From an uncultured delta proteobacterium (lineage in GTDB: Bacteria; Desulfobacterota; RBG-13-43-22): a DNA stretch of 38,186 nucleotides. A program made the translations under genes and the position numbers. The notes under the pieces were generated by a model that worked only from the letters and a program-made list of their open reading frames with translations, had not been told where the DNA came from and did no database searches. Location of the stretch: positions 1 through 38,186 of the forward strand of contig CAVUPH010000004.1 in NCBI GenBank assembly GCA_963743305.1. Reading direction: 5' to 3'. Positions 17,334 through 26,932 of the stretch are shown one piece after another. The number at the start of each line of letters is the position of its first letter. Position 1 is the first letter of the stretch.

Positions 17334-20288
17334 CTAATCTCGTTCCAATGCCTGGCGCGCTTTGAACGCCAGATCTCTCATGGAGAAGGGCTTCTGCAGG
17401 AAGTGCACCCCATCGTCCAGCTCGCCGCGGTGGGCGATGACATTGGCCGTGTAACCGGAGGTGAACAGGCATTTCAGCCCCGGTTTGATATCCTGGATCC
17501 GTTTCGCCAACTCCCGACCGTTCATCTCCGGCATGACCACGTCGGTGATCAGTAGTTGGATCTCCGCGGCGTGGACTCTAGCCAGGCGAAGCGCTTCAGC
17601 CGGCGTGCCTGCGGCCAGCACCGTATAGCCCAGCCGTTTCAGCATTGCCCGGCCCACGTTCAGTATCACCGGCTCGTCCTCTACCAAGACCACCGTCTCC
17701 CCGCGACCTTTCGGTATTTCCTCAGCACTGGCGGCCCTGGGCTGCCGGACTTCTCCCGTGAACCGGGGCAGATAGATCTTGAAGGTTGAGCCGCTGTCGG
17801 GTTCGCTATAGACGTTGACGAAGCCCTCGTTTTGCTTGACGATGCCGTAGACGGTCGCCAGCCCGAGTCCCGTGCCCTTTCCCACCTCTTTGGTGGTGAA
17901 AAACGGCTCGAAGAGGTGCTCCAGGACATCTTTCTTCATGCCGCAGCCGTCGTCGCTCACGGCGAGCAGCACATATTCCCCGCAGGCCAAGCCCGGGTGA
18001 ATGGCGCAATAAGCCTCGTCAAAAAAGGTGTTTTCGGTCTCAATGGTGACCTTCCCGACCCCGGCGATAGCATCCCGAGCGTTGACGCATAGATTCGCCA
18101 GGATTTGGTCAACCTGAGAAGGGTCGATCCGGATCGGCCAGAGGCTCGCTCCCGGCATCCAGACCAAATCGATGTCCTCACCTATCAGCCGCAGTAGCAT
18201 ATTGAGCGTGCCCGCGACGGTGTCGTTGAGATCAAGGACCTTGGGCGCCACGGTCTGCCTGCGGGCGAAGGCCAGCAGTTGTCGGGTAAGGGCGGCAGAA
18301 CGCTGGGCGGACTCCTTGATCGCCTGGAGGTCGGCCTGGATCGGTTCCGTGGGGGTGCAGCGCATCATCGCCAGTTCCGCATGGCCCAGGATCGCGGTCA
18401 GCATGTTGTTGAAATCGTGGGCCACGCCGCCGGCCAGCCGCGCCACCGATTCCATCTTCTGGGCCTGCAGTAGTTGCGCCTGGAGCTTTTCCTTCTCCTT
18501 CTCGGCCTGTTTGCGGTCTGAAATGTCGCGAACCACTGCCAAGATTCGGTCCTGCTCTCCAATGGCAGCGGATTTAAGGTTGACCTCGACCCAAAAGAGA
18601 TCCCCGCTTTTTCTCTTGGCTATCCACTCGAAGCGCTGCGGGCCGTCCACCCTCGTCTTCCGGACCCATTCGCCGGCCTCAGTCTGGGAATAAGGAGGAT
18701 CGCCCCTGCTGAAATCCTCAATGTTCAGATGGAGCACCTCTTGGCGGGCGTAGCCGTACATCTGCAGCATGGCCTGGTTCACATCGACGATGGCGCCCGT
18801 GGACGGCTCATGGACGAAAATAGCGTCGTTCGAGGCATTGAATACTTCTTGGTAATTGAGTTCAGAGGCCCTCAATGATTCCTCGGACCGCTTCCGCTCC
18901 GTGATGTCGCGGATATTCAGAACGACTCCCCTGACGTGCGGATCAAGCAGTAGATTCGTTCCCACGGCCTCCAGGTGCACCCAGTGGCCCTCTTTATGGC
19001 GATAGCGGTATTCCATACTTCTTACCGCTCCTGGTTCTTTGACCCCATCCGCGAATACGCTGATGGCTTTCTGGACGTCCCCCGGATGAATCAGATCGAA
19101 ACCGAAGGTTCCGAACACGTCGGAAGGCTGGTATCCAAGAATCCTCTCCAACGGGCCACCGACGAATCTCTGTCGGCCGTTCTCATCCAACACCGTGATG
19201 ATATCGTTCGAGTTCTTAATGAGAAGCCGGAAGTGCTCCTCTTTCTCGCGCAGCCTCTCCTCCATTCGTCTGCGGTCGGAGATGTCTCGGCAGAGGCACA
19301 GAATCTGGAGGCTGCCCGAAGCAGCAAGCACGGTGGCGTTGATCTCGATGGGAATCTGTTGCCCGACGGGGGAAACGTAGTCCACCTCGAGGTGGCGGAC
19401 GAAGCCCTGCTCGACACACTTCCGGACCTCATTCGCATTGCGATCGAGGTCGTGCGGGGAGGTCCACTCCAGCACCCTGTGACCGATGACTTCTTCCAGC
19501 CGCGGGCGACCGGTTAGACGAACATACTCTTGATTGGCATCGATGACGCGGCCCTCTTCGTCGATAATCACATAGCCCGTATCCGTCGTCTCAATGAGAC
19601 GGCGGAATTTTTCCTCATCCAGGGCATTATCGGCCAGGCGACGGTATCGCGCCTCGCTCGCGCGCAGCTTTTTTTCGGCCTCCTGGCGTTCGGTCAATTC
19701 CTTCCGGGCGGCTTCGAAGAGGCGGGCATTGGCCAGCGCTATGGATATCTGTTGGGCCAGCGTTTCGAGGAAAGCGCCCTGGATCTCGAAATCCCGCTCC
19801 CCCAACGAAGCCAATCCGATGACGCCGAAGATCTCCTCTCGACTCCGCAAGGGCAGGGCGGCGAAGGACCTGATGCCGGCCTGCCGGCACTCCTCCCGGG
19901 TGCAGCGTCGGTCTCTATGGATGTCGGGAGAGTAAATCGGACGGCCTTCCCGCACCGCCAGGCCGCAAAGGCATTCGCCCACCCGGTGGTCGGAAACGGC
20001 ACCCAGCCTCGGCATCGCCTCCGCAGGAGATACCCCCTGAAGAACGAGCCGCTCGCCCTCGCGCAGGAACAGATAGGCCAGGTCGGGTTGAACGGCCTCC
20101 AACAGGCCTCCTAAGGCGGTCATCGAGATTTGCTTCAGCGAGAGGGAAGCACTGACCGAGAGACCCAGGGCCTGGAGCGCTGCCAGTTCCCGGGCGCGCT
20201 GGTCCGAGACTGTCTCGGCTCGCTTGCGCTCCGTGAGGTCGTCCATCCTGCCCAGCGGATTTCCCTTTTGATTTCCGGGTTCACCCAT
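17334..20288 (-). CDS. Cytoplasmic hybrid histidine kinase GAF-PAS x3-HisKA-HATPase-REC
   Basis: GAF with CLCG; three PAS/PAC domains; LAGGVAHDFNNML, NLCVNARDA, FEPFFTTK..GTGLGL, LLITDVVMPEMNG..FLQKPF. Confidence 0.93.
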   Translation of the reverse strand: MGEPGNQKGNPLGRMDDLTERKRAETVSDQRARELAALQALGLSVSASLSLKQISMTALGGLLEAVQPDLAYLFLREGERLVLQGVSPAEAMPRLGAVSDHRVGECLCGLAVREGRPIYSPDIHRDRRCTREECRQAGIRSFAALPLRSREEIFGVIGLASLGERDFEIQGAFLETLAQQISIALANARLFEAARKELTERQEAEKKLRASEARYRRLADNALDEEKFRRLIETTDTGYVIIDEEGRVIDANQEYVRLTGRPRLEEVIGHRVLEWTSPHDLDRNANEVRKCVEQGFVRHLEVDYVSPVGQQIPIEINATVLAASGSLQILCLCRDISDRRRMEERLREKEEHFRLLIKNSNDIITVLDENGRQRFVGGPLERILGYQPSDVFGTFGFDLIHPGDVQKAISVFADGVKEPGAVRSMEYRYRHKEGHWVHLEAVGTNLLLDPHVRGVVLNIRDITERKRSEESLRASELNYQEVFNASNDAIFVHEPSTGAIVDVNQAMLQMYGYARQEVLHLNIEDFSRGDPPYSQTEAGEWVRKTRVDGPQRFEWIAKRKSGDLFWVEVNLKSAAIGEQDRILAVVRDISDRKQAEKEKEKLQAQLLQAQKMESVARLAGGVAHDFNNMLTAILGHAELAMMRCTPTEPIQADLQAIKESAQRSAALTRQLLAFARRQTVAPKVLDLNDTVAGTLNMLLRLIGEDIDLVWMPGASLWPIRIDPSQVDQILANLCVNARDAIAGVGKVTIETENTFFDEAYCAIHPGLACGEYVLLAVSDDGCGMKKDVLEHLFEPFFTTKEVGKGTGLGLATVYGIVKQNEGFVNVYSEPDSGSTFKIYLPRFTGEVRQPRAASAEEIPKGRGETVVLVEDEPVILNVGRAMLKRLGYTVLAAGTPAEALRLARVHAAEIQLLITDVVMPEMNGRELAKRIQDIKPGLKCLFTSGYTANVIAHRGELDDGVHFLQKPFSMRDLAFKARQALERD

Positions 20289-22758
20289 TTTTTTCCAGTA
20301 GCCTTCTGACCTTGGCCGCCAGGTCCCTCACCGAGAAGGGCTTGGGGATGAACTGGACGCCCTCGTCGAGCATGCCTCGGTGGGCGATCACCTCAGCGGT
20401 GTAGCCGGACATGAACAGGCATTTCATCGTCGGTCTGACCTTTTTAATTTGTTCCGCTAAGTCCCGGCCGTTCATTTCGGGCAGGATAACGTCGGCAATC
20501 AGGAGGTGAATCTCCCCGGTGTATTCCTCAACCAAACGCAGGGCCTCCCTCGGTGCGCCCGCGGTAAGCACGCGATAGCCCAGCCGGCCGAGGATCTCGC
20601 GGGTAAGCTTTAGCAGCGAGACCTCGTCCTCCACCACCAGTACGGTCTGACCACGGCTTAAGGGGAGCGCGCCCTCGCTTTCTTCCAGGATATCGGTGGG
20701 CTGGCCCGCGTGCCGGGCCAGGTAAACTTTAAAGGTCGTTCCTTTACCCGGTTCACTATAGACGTTGATGAACCCGTTGTTCTGCTTGACGATACCGTAA
20801 ACCGTGGCTAGCCCCAGACCGGTCCCCTGCCCCACATCCCGGGTAGTAAAAAAAGGTTCAAAAATCTGGCCGAGGGTTTCTTTATCCATGCCGCAACCGT
20901 TGTCGCTAACGGCCAGCAGCACATACTCTCCCGGCAAAAAACCCGGATGATCGGCGGCATAGGACTGGTCCAGGACGACGTTTCCTGTTTCGATCGTGAC
21001 CTCGCCGACTTGGGCAATGGCATCTCGGGAGTTGACGCAGAGATTGGCCAGGATTTGTTCGACCTGGGTGGGGTCCATCCTGACCGGCCACAAGCCGGAG
21101 GCCGGCAGCCAAATAAGATCGATGTCCTCGCCGATCAGCCGCCGGAGCATCTTGAGCATGCCCTCCACTGTCTCATTCAAGTCGAGCACCTGGGGGTCAA
21201 TCGTCTGTTTGCGGGCAAAGGCCAGCAATTGCCGGATGATGGCCGCGGATCGCCTGGCGGCACTTAGGATTTCGATGAGGTCGGCATGAAGCGGCTGGGC
21301 CGAGTCCACCTTGCCCAGGGCCATTTCCGTATACCCGAGAATCACGCTGAGTATGTTGTTGAAATCATGGGCCACGCCGCCCGCCAGCCGGCCGACGGCC
21401 TCCATCTTCTGGGCCTGCCGGATCTGGGACTCCAGGGAAAGTTTCTCGGTGATGTCTTCGACCATCTCGATCGCCGCCGTAACCTCGCCCAAGGCGTTAA
21501 AGATCGGAGAAGCCACGATGCGGTAATTGTGGACGAGTCCTGCCCGCGGCGTTTGCACCGCGACTTCGTGGACCAAACCGTCCTGGAGTGTCTTACGGGT
21601 CGGGCAGTAGTCACAGACCTCCTCGCGCGGCGGGTCGTTGAAGGAGCGGTAACAGATGGGGCCTTGACCGGGATCGACGTTTGGAAACCATTCGCGCATC
21701 TGGCGGTTCAGGTCGAGGACTTTCATCTCGGGGCTGATGAGGGCTACGCCGATTCCGATGTTATCCAGAATGCTGCGTATTTTGGCTTCGCTCTCTCTCA
21801 AGGCACTCTCTGCCCGTTTGCGCGCGGTGATGTCCGTTAACCCGCCGATGATACCTATCAGCGTTCCATCCGGTCCCTCAATCGCGGCCTTATGGAAAAT
21901 GACCTCGTGTCGAACTCCGTTAGCATCTTGGATAAAACTTTCGTATATCTGCGTTCCCGGATGCGAGAAAAGCTCCTTGTCGGCCCGGCTGTAGACATCG
22001 GCCAGGTCCTTGGGGGCTAGTTCGTAAACCGTCTTGCCGACGATCTGTTTCCTCAAAAACCCATAGAACTGCTCAAAGGCGCGATTGCACCCGAGATACC
22101 GGCCCTGACTGTCCTTGTAAAAGATAGGGTAGGGCATGGCGTCGATCAGGAGCTGGAGAAATTCGGTTTGCCGCTTGATCTCCTCCTCCGCCCGCTGGCG
22201 CTCGGCGCGGATGGTTTCGTCCGCGTTGATTTTTGAGAGCGAGTGCTCCGCCAGGTCAGCGATAAACTTCACCAGCGCCCGGTTATATTCGAGGATGTCG
22301 TCGACTTTTTCGCGGCTGAAGACCGGCACCCGATCGAGCGCCGCGAGATAGTCGCTGAGTTCGAAACCGAACTCGTGCGCCAATTGAGAGAAGAACTCCC
22401 GATCCGCCTCCTCTCCTTCATAAAAAAATTGCCCCAGGAACATGCTGGCCAAATGACGTCCGGCGGCCACAATCGGCAGCCCGATATCCCAGAGCCCGTT
22501 TTTGCATTTGTACCGACAGACCTCTCCTTCGACCAGGTGGTCCTTAAGGTAACGGTCACTTTCCCGGCAGCGCTCAAGTGAAACCGGATGGGCACGGTGA
22601 TATTTGACGCAGATATCCTGCCAGCCGGATCCCACCAAGATCGAACCATCGAGGGCATCAATGATGCCGATCGGCATGCCTGACGCGCGGTAATGCGCAT
22701 CAGCCATCTTCTGGACGGCCTTCAAGTCAACCAGATCGGGAAGGCGATAATCACTCAT
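20281..22758 (-). CDS. Cytoplasmic hybrid histidine kinase PocR-PAS-PAS-HisKA-HATPase-REC
   Basis: N-terminal PocR (GWQDICVKYHR..RCRESD..YKCKNGLWD..FLGQF); LAGGVAHDFNNIL, FEPFFTT..GTGLGL, IADVILPEMNG..FIPKPF. Confidence 0.93.
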   Translation of the reverse strand: MSDYRLPDLVDLKAVQKMADAHYRASGMPIGIIDALDGSILVGSGWQDICVKYHRAHPVSLERCRESDRYLKDHLVEGEVCRYKCKNGLWDIGLPIVAAGRHLASMFLGQFFYEGEEADREFFSQLAHEFGFELSDYLAALDRVPVFSREKVDDILEYNRALVKFIADLAEHSLSKINADETIRAERQRAEEEIKRQTEFLQLLIDAMPYPIFYKDSQGRYLGCNRAFEQFYGFLRKQIVGKTVYELAPKDLADVYSRADKELFSHPGTQIYESFIQDANGVRHEVIFHKAAIEGPDGTLIGIIGGLTDITARKRAESALRESEAKIRSILDNIGIGVALISPEMKVLDLNRQMREWFPNVDPGQGPICYRSFNDPPREEVCDYCPTRKTLQDGLVHEVAVQTPRAGLVHNYRIVASPIFNALGEVTAAIEMVEDITEKLSLESQIRQAQKMEAVGRLAGGVAHDFNNILSVILGYTEMALGKVDSAQPLHADLIEILSAARRSAAIIRQLLAFARKQTIDPQVLDLNETVEGMLKMLRRLIGEDIDLIWLPASGLWPVRMDPTQVEQILANLCVNSRDAIAQVGEVTIETGNVVLDQSYAADHPGFLPGEYVLLAVSDNGCGMDKETLGQIFEPFFTTRDVGQGTGLGLATVYGIVKQNNGFINVYSEPGKGTTFKVYLARHAGQPTDILEESEGALPLSRGQTVLVVEDEVSLLKLTREILGRLGYRVLTAGAPREALRLVEEYTGEIHLLIADVILPEMNGRDLAEQIKKVRPTMKCLFMSGYTAEVIAHRGMLDEGVQFIPKPFSVRDLAAKVRRLLEKNG

Positions 22759-22969
22759 TCTTCTTTAATTATAAGAGGTAACTTTCCCCTTGACAATTTA
22801 TATTTCTTGGCCGGGGAAGATAGAGACCACCGTGATTGGCCCTCAACCGGTGAAAAGTGCCGTGATCAAAGGGGCCAGGCGCTCCCTGATGACATGAAAT
22901 CGCGCTGCGTCCGGGAAATATCCCCGGTGTATTGACAATCGCGCCGCATTAAGGGAAGATAGTACTCCT

Positions 22970-23758
22970 ATGGGCCATTCACTCTTAATTCGGCGGGAGA
23001 ATGAAAACCTGGTTTTATATCAGTTCCCGATGCTTCAATCCGTCCCCGGTCTGGTGCACGGTGTATTCACCCGCCGAGACGGGGAGAGCGCGGGTGACCG
23101 GCGCGGTTTAAATCTGAGTTACTCGGTGGGTGATCAGCCGAAAAAGGTGGCTGACAACCGGATTCGGGTTCGGGAAACACTTTCGTTGCGGTCGATTTTT
23201 TCCCTGAGGCAGGTCCACGGAACGCAAGCGGTTGTCATTTCCAACGGCCGGGGACCGGACTTGACGAACACTCCGGAAACCGAATCCGGGGACATCCTCC
23301 TGACGGACAGACCCGGGGTCGGTCTGCTGATCAAGCAGGCCGATTGCCAGGCGGTCATGCTCTCTGATCCGCGCCATAAAGCCCTGGCCAATATGCACTG
23401 CGGCTGGCGGGGAAACGTCCGGGGGGTGATTCCGGAAGGGATAAAACAAATGCGGGCTTTTTATGGGACCGATCCGGCCGACCTGCTCGCCGCCGTAGGC
23501 CCTTCTCTGGGACCGTGTTGCGCTGAATTCATCCATTACCGAAAAGAATTGCCGGAAGAGGCCTGGCAGTACCAGGTCCGGCCTTTTTACTTTGATCTCT
23601 GGCAGTGGAGCCGGGACCAATTGCTGGCCGCCGGGGTGAAAAACGAAAATATTGCCATCGCCGGGATCTGTACCTCCTGCCATACGGATGAATTCTATTC
23701 CTACCGGAAGGAAAAAGTTACCGGACGCTTCGGGAGTGTGATCGGGTTGCTGTCTTAG
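22970..23758 (+). CDS. pgeF: Peptidoglycan editing factor PgeF / YfiH family (purine nucleoside phosphorylase-like)
   Basis: HGVFTRRDG, LNLS, QVHG, ADCQAV, HCGWRG, GPSLGPCC, CTSC..FYSYR. Confidence 0.9.
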   Translation: MGHSLLIRRENENLVLYQFPMLQSVPGLVHGVFTRRDGESAGDRRGLNLSYSVGDQPKKVADNRIRVRETLSLRSIFSLRQVHGTQAVVISNGRGPDLTNTPETESGDILLTDRPGVGLLIKQADCQAVMLSDPRHKALANMHCGWRGNVRGVIPEGIKQMRAFYGTDPADLLAAVGPSLGPCCAEFIHYRKELPEEAWQYQVRPFYFDLWQWSRDQLLAAGVKNENIAIAGICTSCHTDEFYSYRKEKVTGRFGSVIGLLS

Positions 23759-23799
23759 GCGGTCAAAAACGGCACTGCCAGAACGGAAAGTGGTAACGA

Positions 23800-23829
23800 T
23801 TCACCGCAAAGACGCAAAGGACGCAAAGA
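23800..23829 (+). repeat. Short cgcaaagga-type tandem repeat upstream of pyrK
   Basis: ttcac cgcaaaga cgcaaagga cgcaaaga. Confidence 0.45.
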
Positions 23830-23836
23830 TCTCAAC

Positions 23837-24634
23837 ATGGTTTTTCAGGAAATTCCTATAAAGAAGATAGAACCCGTCACCTCGGCGGTTTTTCGGGTGA
23901 GTTTTCTATCGCCGGAAATCGCCCGGGAAGCCCAGCCGGGGCAGTTTGTGATGATCCGTCCGAGGAAATTTTCGGAGCCTCTCCTGCCGCGGCCTTTTTC
24001 CATTCATCGCCTTCAAGGGAATCGGATCGACCTCCTGATCCGGGCCTCCGGTCCGGGGACTCGACAACTGTGCGGACTGAATCCCGGGGAGGTCTTGGAG
24101 ATCAAGGGTCCCCTGGGCCGGGGTTTCGTCTTGGATCCCGAAAGGAATTCCATCTTGGTGGCCGGCGGTATCGGCGTGGCCCCCCTGTTTTTTCTGGCGC
24201 AGCGGCTTCTGAAAATGCGTAGAGGCAAAACCTTCGCCCCACCCCGGGTGCTGATCGGAGCCGGATGCAAAAAGGAACTGCTGGTTCTCGGGGAATTCAA
24301 AGCAATGGGCCTCCGGGTGCAGTCGGTCACGGAAGACGGGTCCTTCGGCCGGCAAGGATTGGTCACCGACCTGTTGAAAGGGGTGTCGGCCAAAGGTCTC
24401 GATCGAGCCGTGATTTACACCTGCGGTCCCCAAGGGATGCTGCGGGCCCTGGCTTCCTGGGCTGCCGCTAGAAACGTTCCTTGCCAGGTTTCCCTGGAAG
24501 CCTGGATGGCCTGCGGCCTGGGGGCCTGTTTGGGCTGTGCGGTGGCCCGACCAAATGCCGGCGGACTGAGCTATGCCAAGGTATGCCAGGATGGACCGGT
24601 CTTCGCGGCCCAAGAGGTGGCCTGGGATGCGTAA
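23837..24634 (+). CDS. pyrK: Dihydroorotate dehydrogenase B electron transfer subunit
   Basis: PGQFVMI, RPFSI, GPLGRGF, AGGIGVAPL, CGPQGM, MACGLGACLGC..VCQDGPVF. Confidence 0.95.
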   Translation: MVFQEIPIKKIEPVTSAVFRVSFLSPEIAREAQPGQFVMIRPRKFSEPLLPRPFSIHRLQGNRIDLLIRASGPGTRQLCGLNPGEVLEIKGPLGRGFVLDPERNSILVAGGIGVAPLFFLAQRLLKMRRGKTFAPPRVLIGAGCKKELLVLGEFKAMGLRVQSVTEDGSFGRQGLVTDLLKGVSAKGLDRAVIYTCGPQGMLRALASWAAARNVPCQVSLEAWMACGLGACLGCAVARPNAGGLSYAKVCQDGPVFAAQEVAWDA

Positions 24635-25553
24635 ATCCATGGCCCCCGACCTGATGGTGAATATCGCCGGACTCCGAATGAAGAATCCGGTCATGACCGC
24701 TTCCGGCACCTTCGGCTACGGACGGGAATATCAACCCTTTTTCGATTTGAACCGTTTGGGCGCCCTGGTCACCAAAGGCATATCGCTGGAGCCCCTGGCC
24801 GGCAATCCGCCGCCCCGGATTTGTGAAACGGCGGGCGGCATGGTGAATGCCATCGGTCTCGAGAACGTGGGAGTGGAAGCCTTTATCCGGGATAAACTAC
24901 CCTTTTTAGCCGGCCTGGATATTCCGGTCATCGTCAACATCCTCGGCCATTCCCTGAAAGAATATCCGGAAGTGGCCCGGCGCCTGGATGGGCTGTCCGG
25001 TATCGCCGCCCTGGAACTCAATATTTCCTGTCCCAACGTGTCCCGGGGGGGGCTGGCCTTCGGCGCCGATCCTCGGTTGGCGGCCAAAGTGGTCAAAAGC
25101 GTTCGGCAGGCTACGACCCTCCCTTTAATTACCAAGTTGACCCCTCAGGTGTCCGATATCGGTTTGATCGCCCGGGCGGTGGAGGAGGCCGGCTCCGATG
25201 CCCTTTCCTTGATTAATACGCTACCGGCCATGGCCGTGGATATCCGAACCCGAAAATCCAGGTTGGGCCGGATCAGCGGGGGGCTTTCCGGGCCGGCCGT
25301 CAAGCCGGTGGCCCTGCGACTGGTTTACCTGGCCGCGAAGGCGGTGAAAATCCCAGTGATCGGTCTGGGGGGGATCCGGACCGCCGAAGATGCCCTGGAA
25401 TTTCTCATGGTAGGGGCCCAGGCCGTTCAGGTCGGGACGGCCAATTTTATCCGCCCCACCGCGAGTCTCGAAATCATCGAGGGAATAAGACGATTTTTGA
25501 CGGAACAGGGGATTCCCAAGATAGACGGCCTGATCGGGACCCTGATCCTTTAA
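24627..25553 (+). CDS. pyrD: Dihydroorotate dehydrogenase B catalytic subunit
   Basis: KNPVMTASGTFGYG, GNPPPRICET, NAIGLEN, ELNISCPNV, KLTP, GGLSGPAVKP. Confidence 0.96.
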   Translation: MRKSMAPDLMVNIAGLRMKNPVMTASGTFGYGREYQPFFDLNRLGALVTKGISLEPLAGNPPPRICETAGGMVNAIGLENVGVEAFIRDKLPFLAGLDIPVIVNILGHSLKEYPEVARRLDGLSGIAALELNISCPNVSRGGLAFGADPRLAAKVVKSVRQATTLPLITKLTPQVSDIGLIARAVEEAGSDALSLINTLPAMAVDIRTRKSRLGRISGGLSGPAVKPVALRLVYLAAKAVKIPVIGLGGIRTAEDALEFLMVGAQAVQVGTANFIRPTASLEIIEGIRRFLTEQGIPKIDGLIGTLIL

Positions 25554-25572
25554 GCGGCTGGGACCCCGAGGT

Positions 25573-26877
25573 CTACCTTTTTTCCGATTCGATGAATAGT
25601 TGTGAACGAACGGATTCGATGATTTCCTGCTTTCGGTTCGGGTCGCCCTGTTTGGAAAAGACATAAAAAGATCTTCGGGCCGGAGCGGTTCGATCAAAAT
25701 AAGGGTCGTATTTTTGATGAAGGGCTTTTTCGATTTCCATTTCCCGCGCTAGGCCTGCCTGTAGAAATTGGTCCGTCCACCAGTGGGTGTCGGCCCAGAT
25801 CAGATGTCCATGGAGGGGGTAGCCGGATTCATCCACCGGCAGCGTGTGAAAAAGGTGTCCCGACTCTTCCCAATCCTTAAGGTACAAAGGAAAAACAGTT
25901 CCGAAAACCGAATCCTGCCCAAAGGCCGGGATGTTGCAAAGAAAAAAGCCCCCCTTCCTTAATAGATCCGTGAGGGCCCGAATATACTGGTTTATCTTGT
26001 TAGGGTTTAGATGTTCGAAGATATCCAAACCCAAAACGAGGTCATAGCCGGCGGACAATTGAATTTCCAGGAGGTCCCCTTCATGGATTTTATCTTTGAT
26101 CTCCGGAAATGCCCGTCGAATGGCCATGGCGCTGATTTCAACGCCCTCGCCTTCGACGCCCCGTTCATAAAGGGCCTTCAGAATAGCTCCGCTGGAACAG
26201 CCGATCTCCAAGACTTGCCGAGGAGAAAATTCGCCCGCCATTTCGGCGATCCGTTGTTTATCTGAATCCAATCCATATGCCCAGATCCCCGGACGTTCGT
26301 AATAATTGTTTTGCCGGATCATGGTTTCCAGCCAATCGAAATCCTCTGGGCCCAAAATCTTAAAGATCGTCAGGGGCTCCGAGGTCAGCAGGTTGATATC
26401 CGCGAGATACTGGGAAGGTTTGAGGATGCTGATGTTCTTCAGCCGGATATGGTCCTGTAAAATTTTACTCACCCATTCATCCGAGGCGATCAGTTCTAAA
26501 AGAATCTCTTCCCTTCGTGTTCCTCGTTGCAGGAGATTACAGTATTTCTTGAGACCCTCCTCATCAATCGCTCGTCCAAATAGTCGCTGATAGGCTTCTT
26601 TCAGGAAAGCCTGGTTTTGTCCTTCGGTGGTGAGTTCTCGGAGGGATTTTTGATAAAATTCTTCGGAACGGGTCAGCGCCAGGATGACCTCGAGGCGGCT
26701 TTCTCCGGCTTCCAGAAAAGGGAGGAAATGATTCAGTCCTTCCTCATCCGGCGAACGGCCGAGGATTTCCCCGTAAACCCGGGTTAGGAAGGACCGGTCC
26801 GAGGAAAAGAGAAAGCGCAAGAGGCTGTTAATCTTTTTGACCTTTCTTGTGAAATAAGAAGGACTGAAAGAAGTCAT
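25573..26877 (-). CDS. Protein with two DUF4214-like repeats and a class I SAM-dependent methyltransferase domain
   Basis: Repeats FLTRVYGEILGRSPDEEG..SEEF and FLKEAYQRLFGRAIDEEG..SDEW; then VLEIGCSSG, GVEIS, DIFEHL. Confidence 0.8.
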   Translation of the reverse strand: MTSFSPSYFTRKVKKINSLLRFLFSSDRSFLTRVYGEILGRSPDEEGLNHFLPFLEAGESRLEVILALTRSEEFYQKSLRELTTEGQNQAFLKEAYQRLFGRAIDEEGLKKYCNLLQRGTRREEILLELIASDEWVSKILQDHIRLKNISILKPSQYLADINLLTSEPLTIFKILGPEDFDWLETMIRQNNYYERPGIWAYGLDSDKQRIAEMAGEFSPRQVLEIGCSSGAILKALYERGVEGEGVEISAMAIRRAFPEIKDKIHEGDLLEIQLSAGYDLVLGLDIFEHLNPNKINQYIRALTDLLRKGGFFLCNIPAFGQDSVFGTVFPLYLKDWEESGHLFHTLPVDESGYPLHGHLIWADTHWWTDQFLQAGLAREMEIEKALHQKYDPYFDRTAPARRSFYVFSKQGDPNRKQEIIESVRSQLFIESEKR

Positions 26878-26932
26878 TTAACGATTTCTTTTGAAGCAAA
26901 AAGTAAAATGTTTTGGTTGGGTTATTACTTAG

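Noticed and set aside
22932-22963. TTGACA upstream of pgeF (also at 30100 before fumarase)
   Set aside because: No convincing -10 hexamer at 16-18 nt spacing
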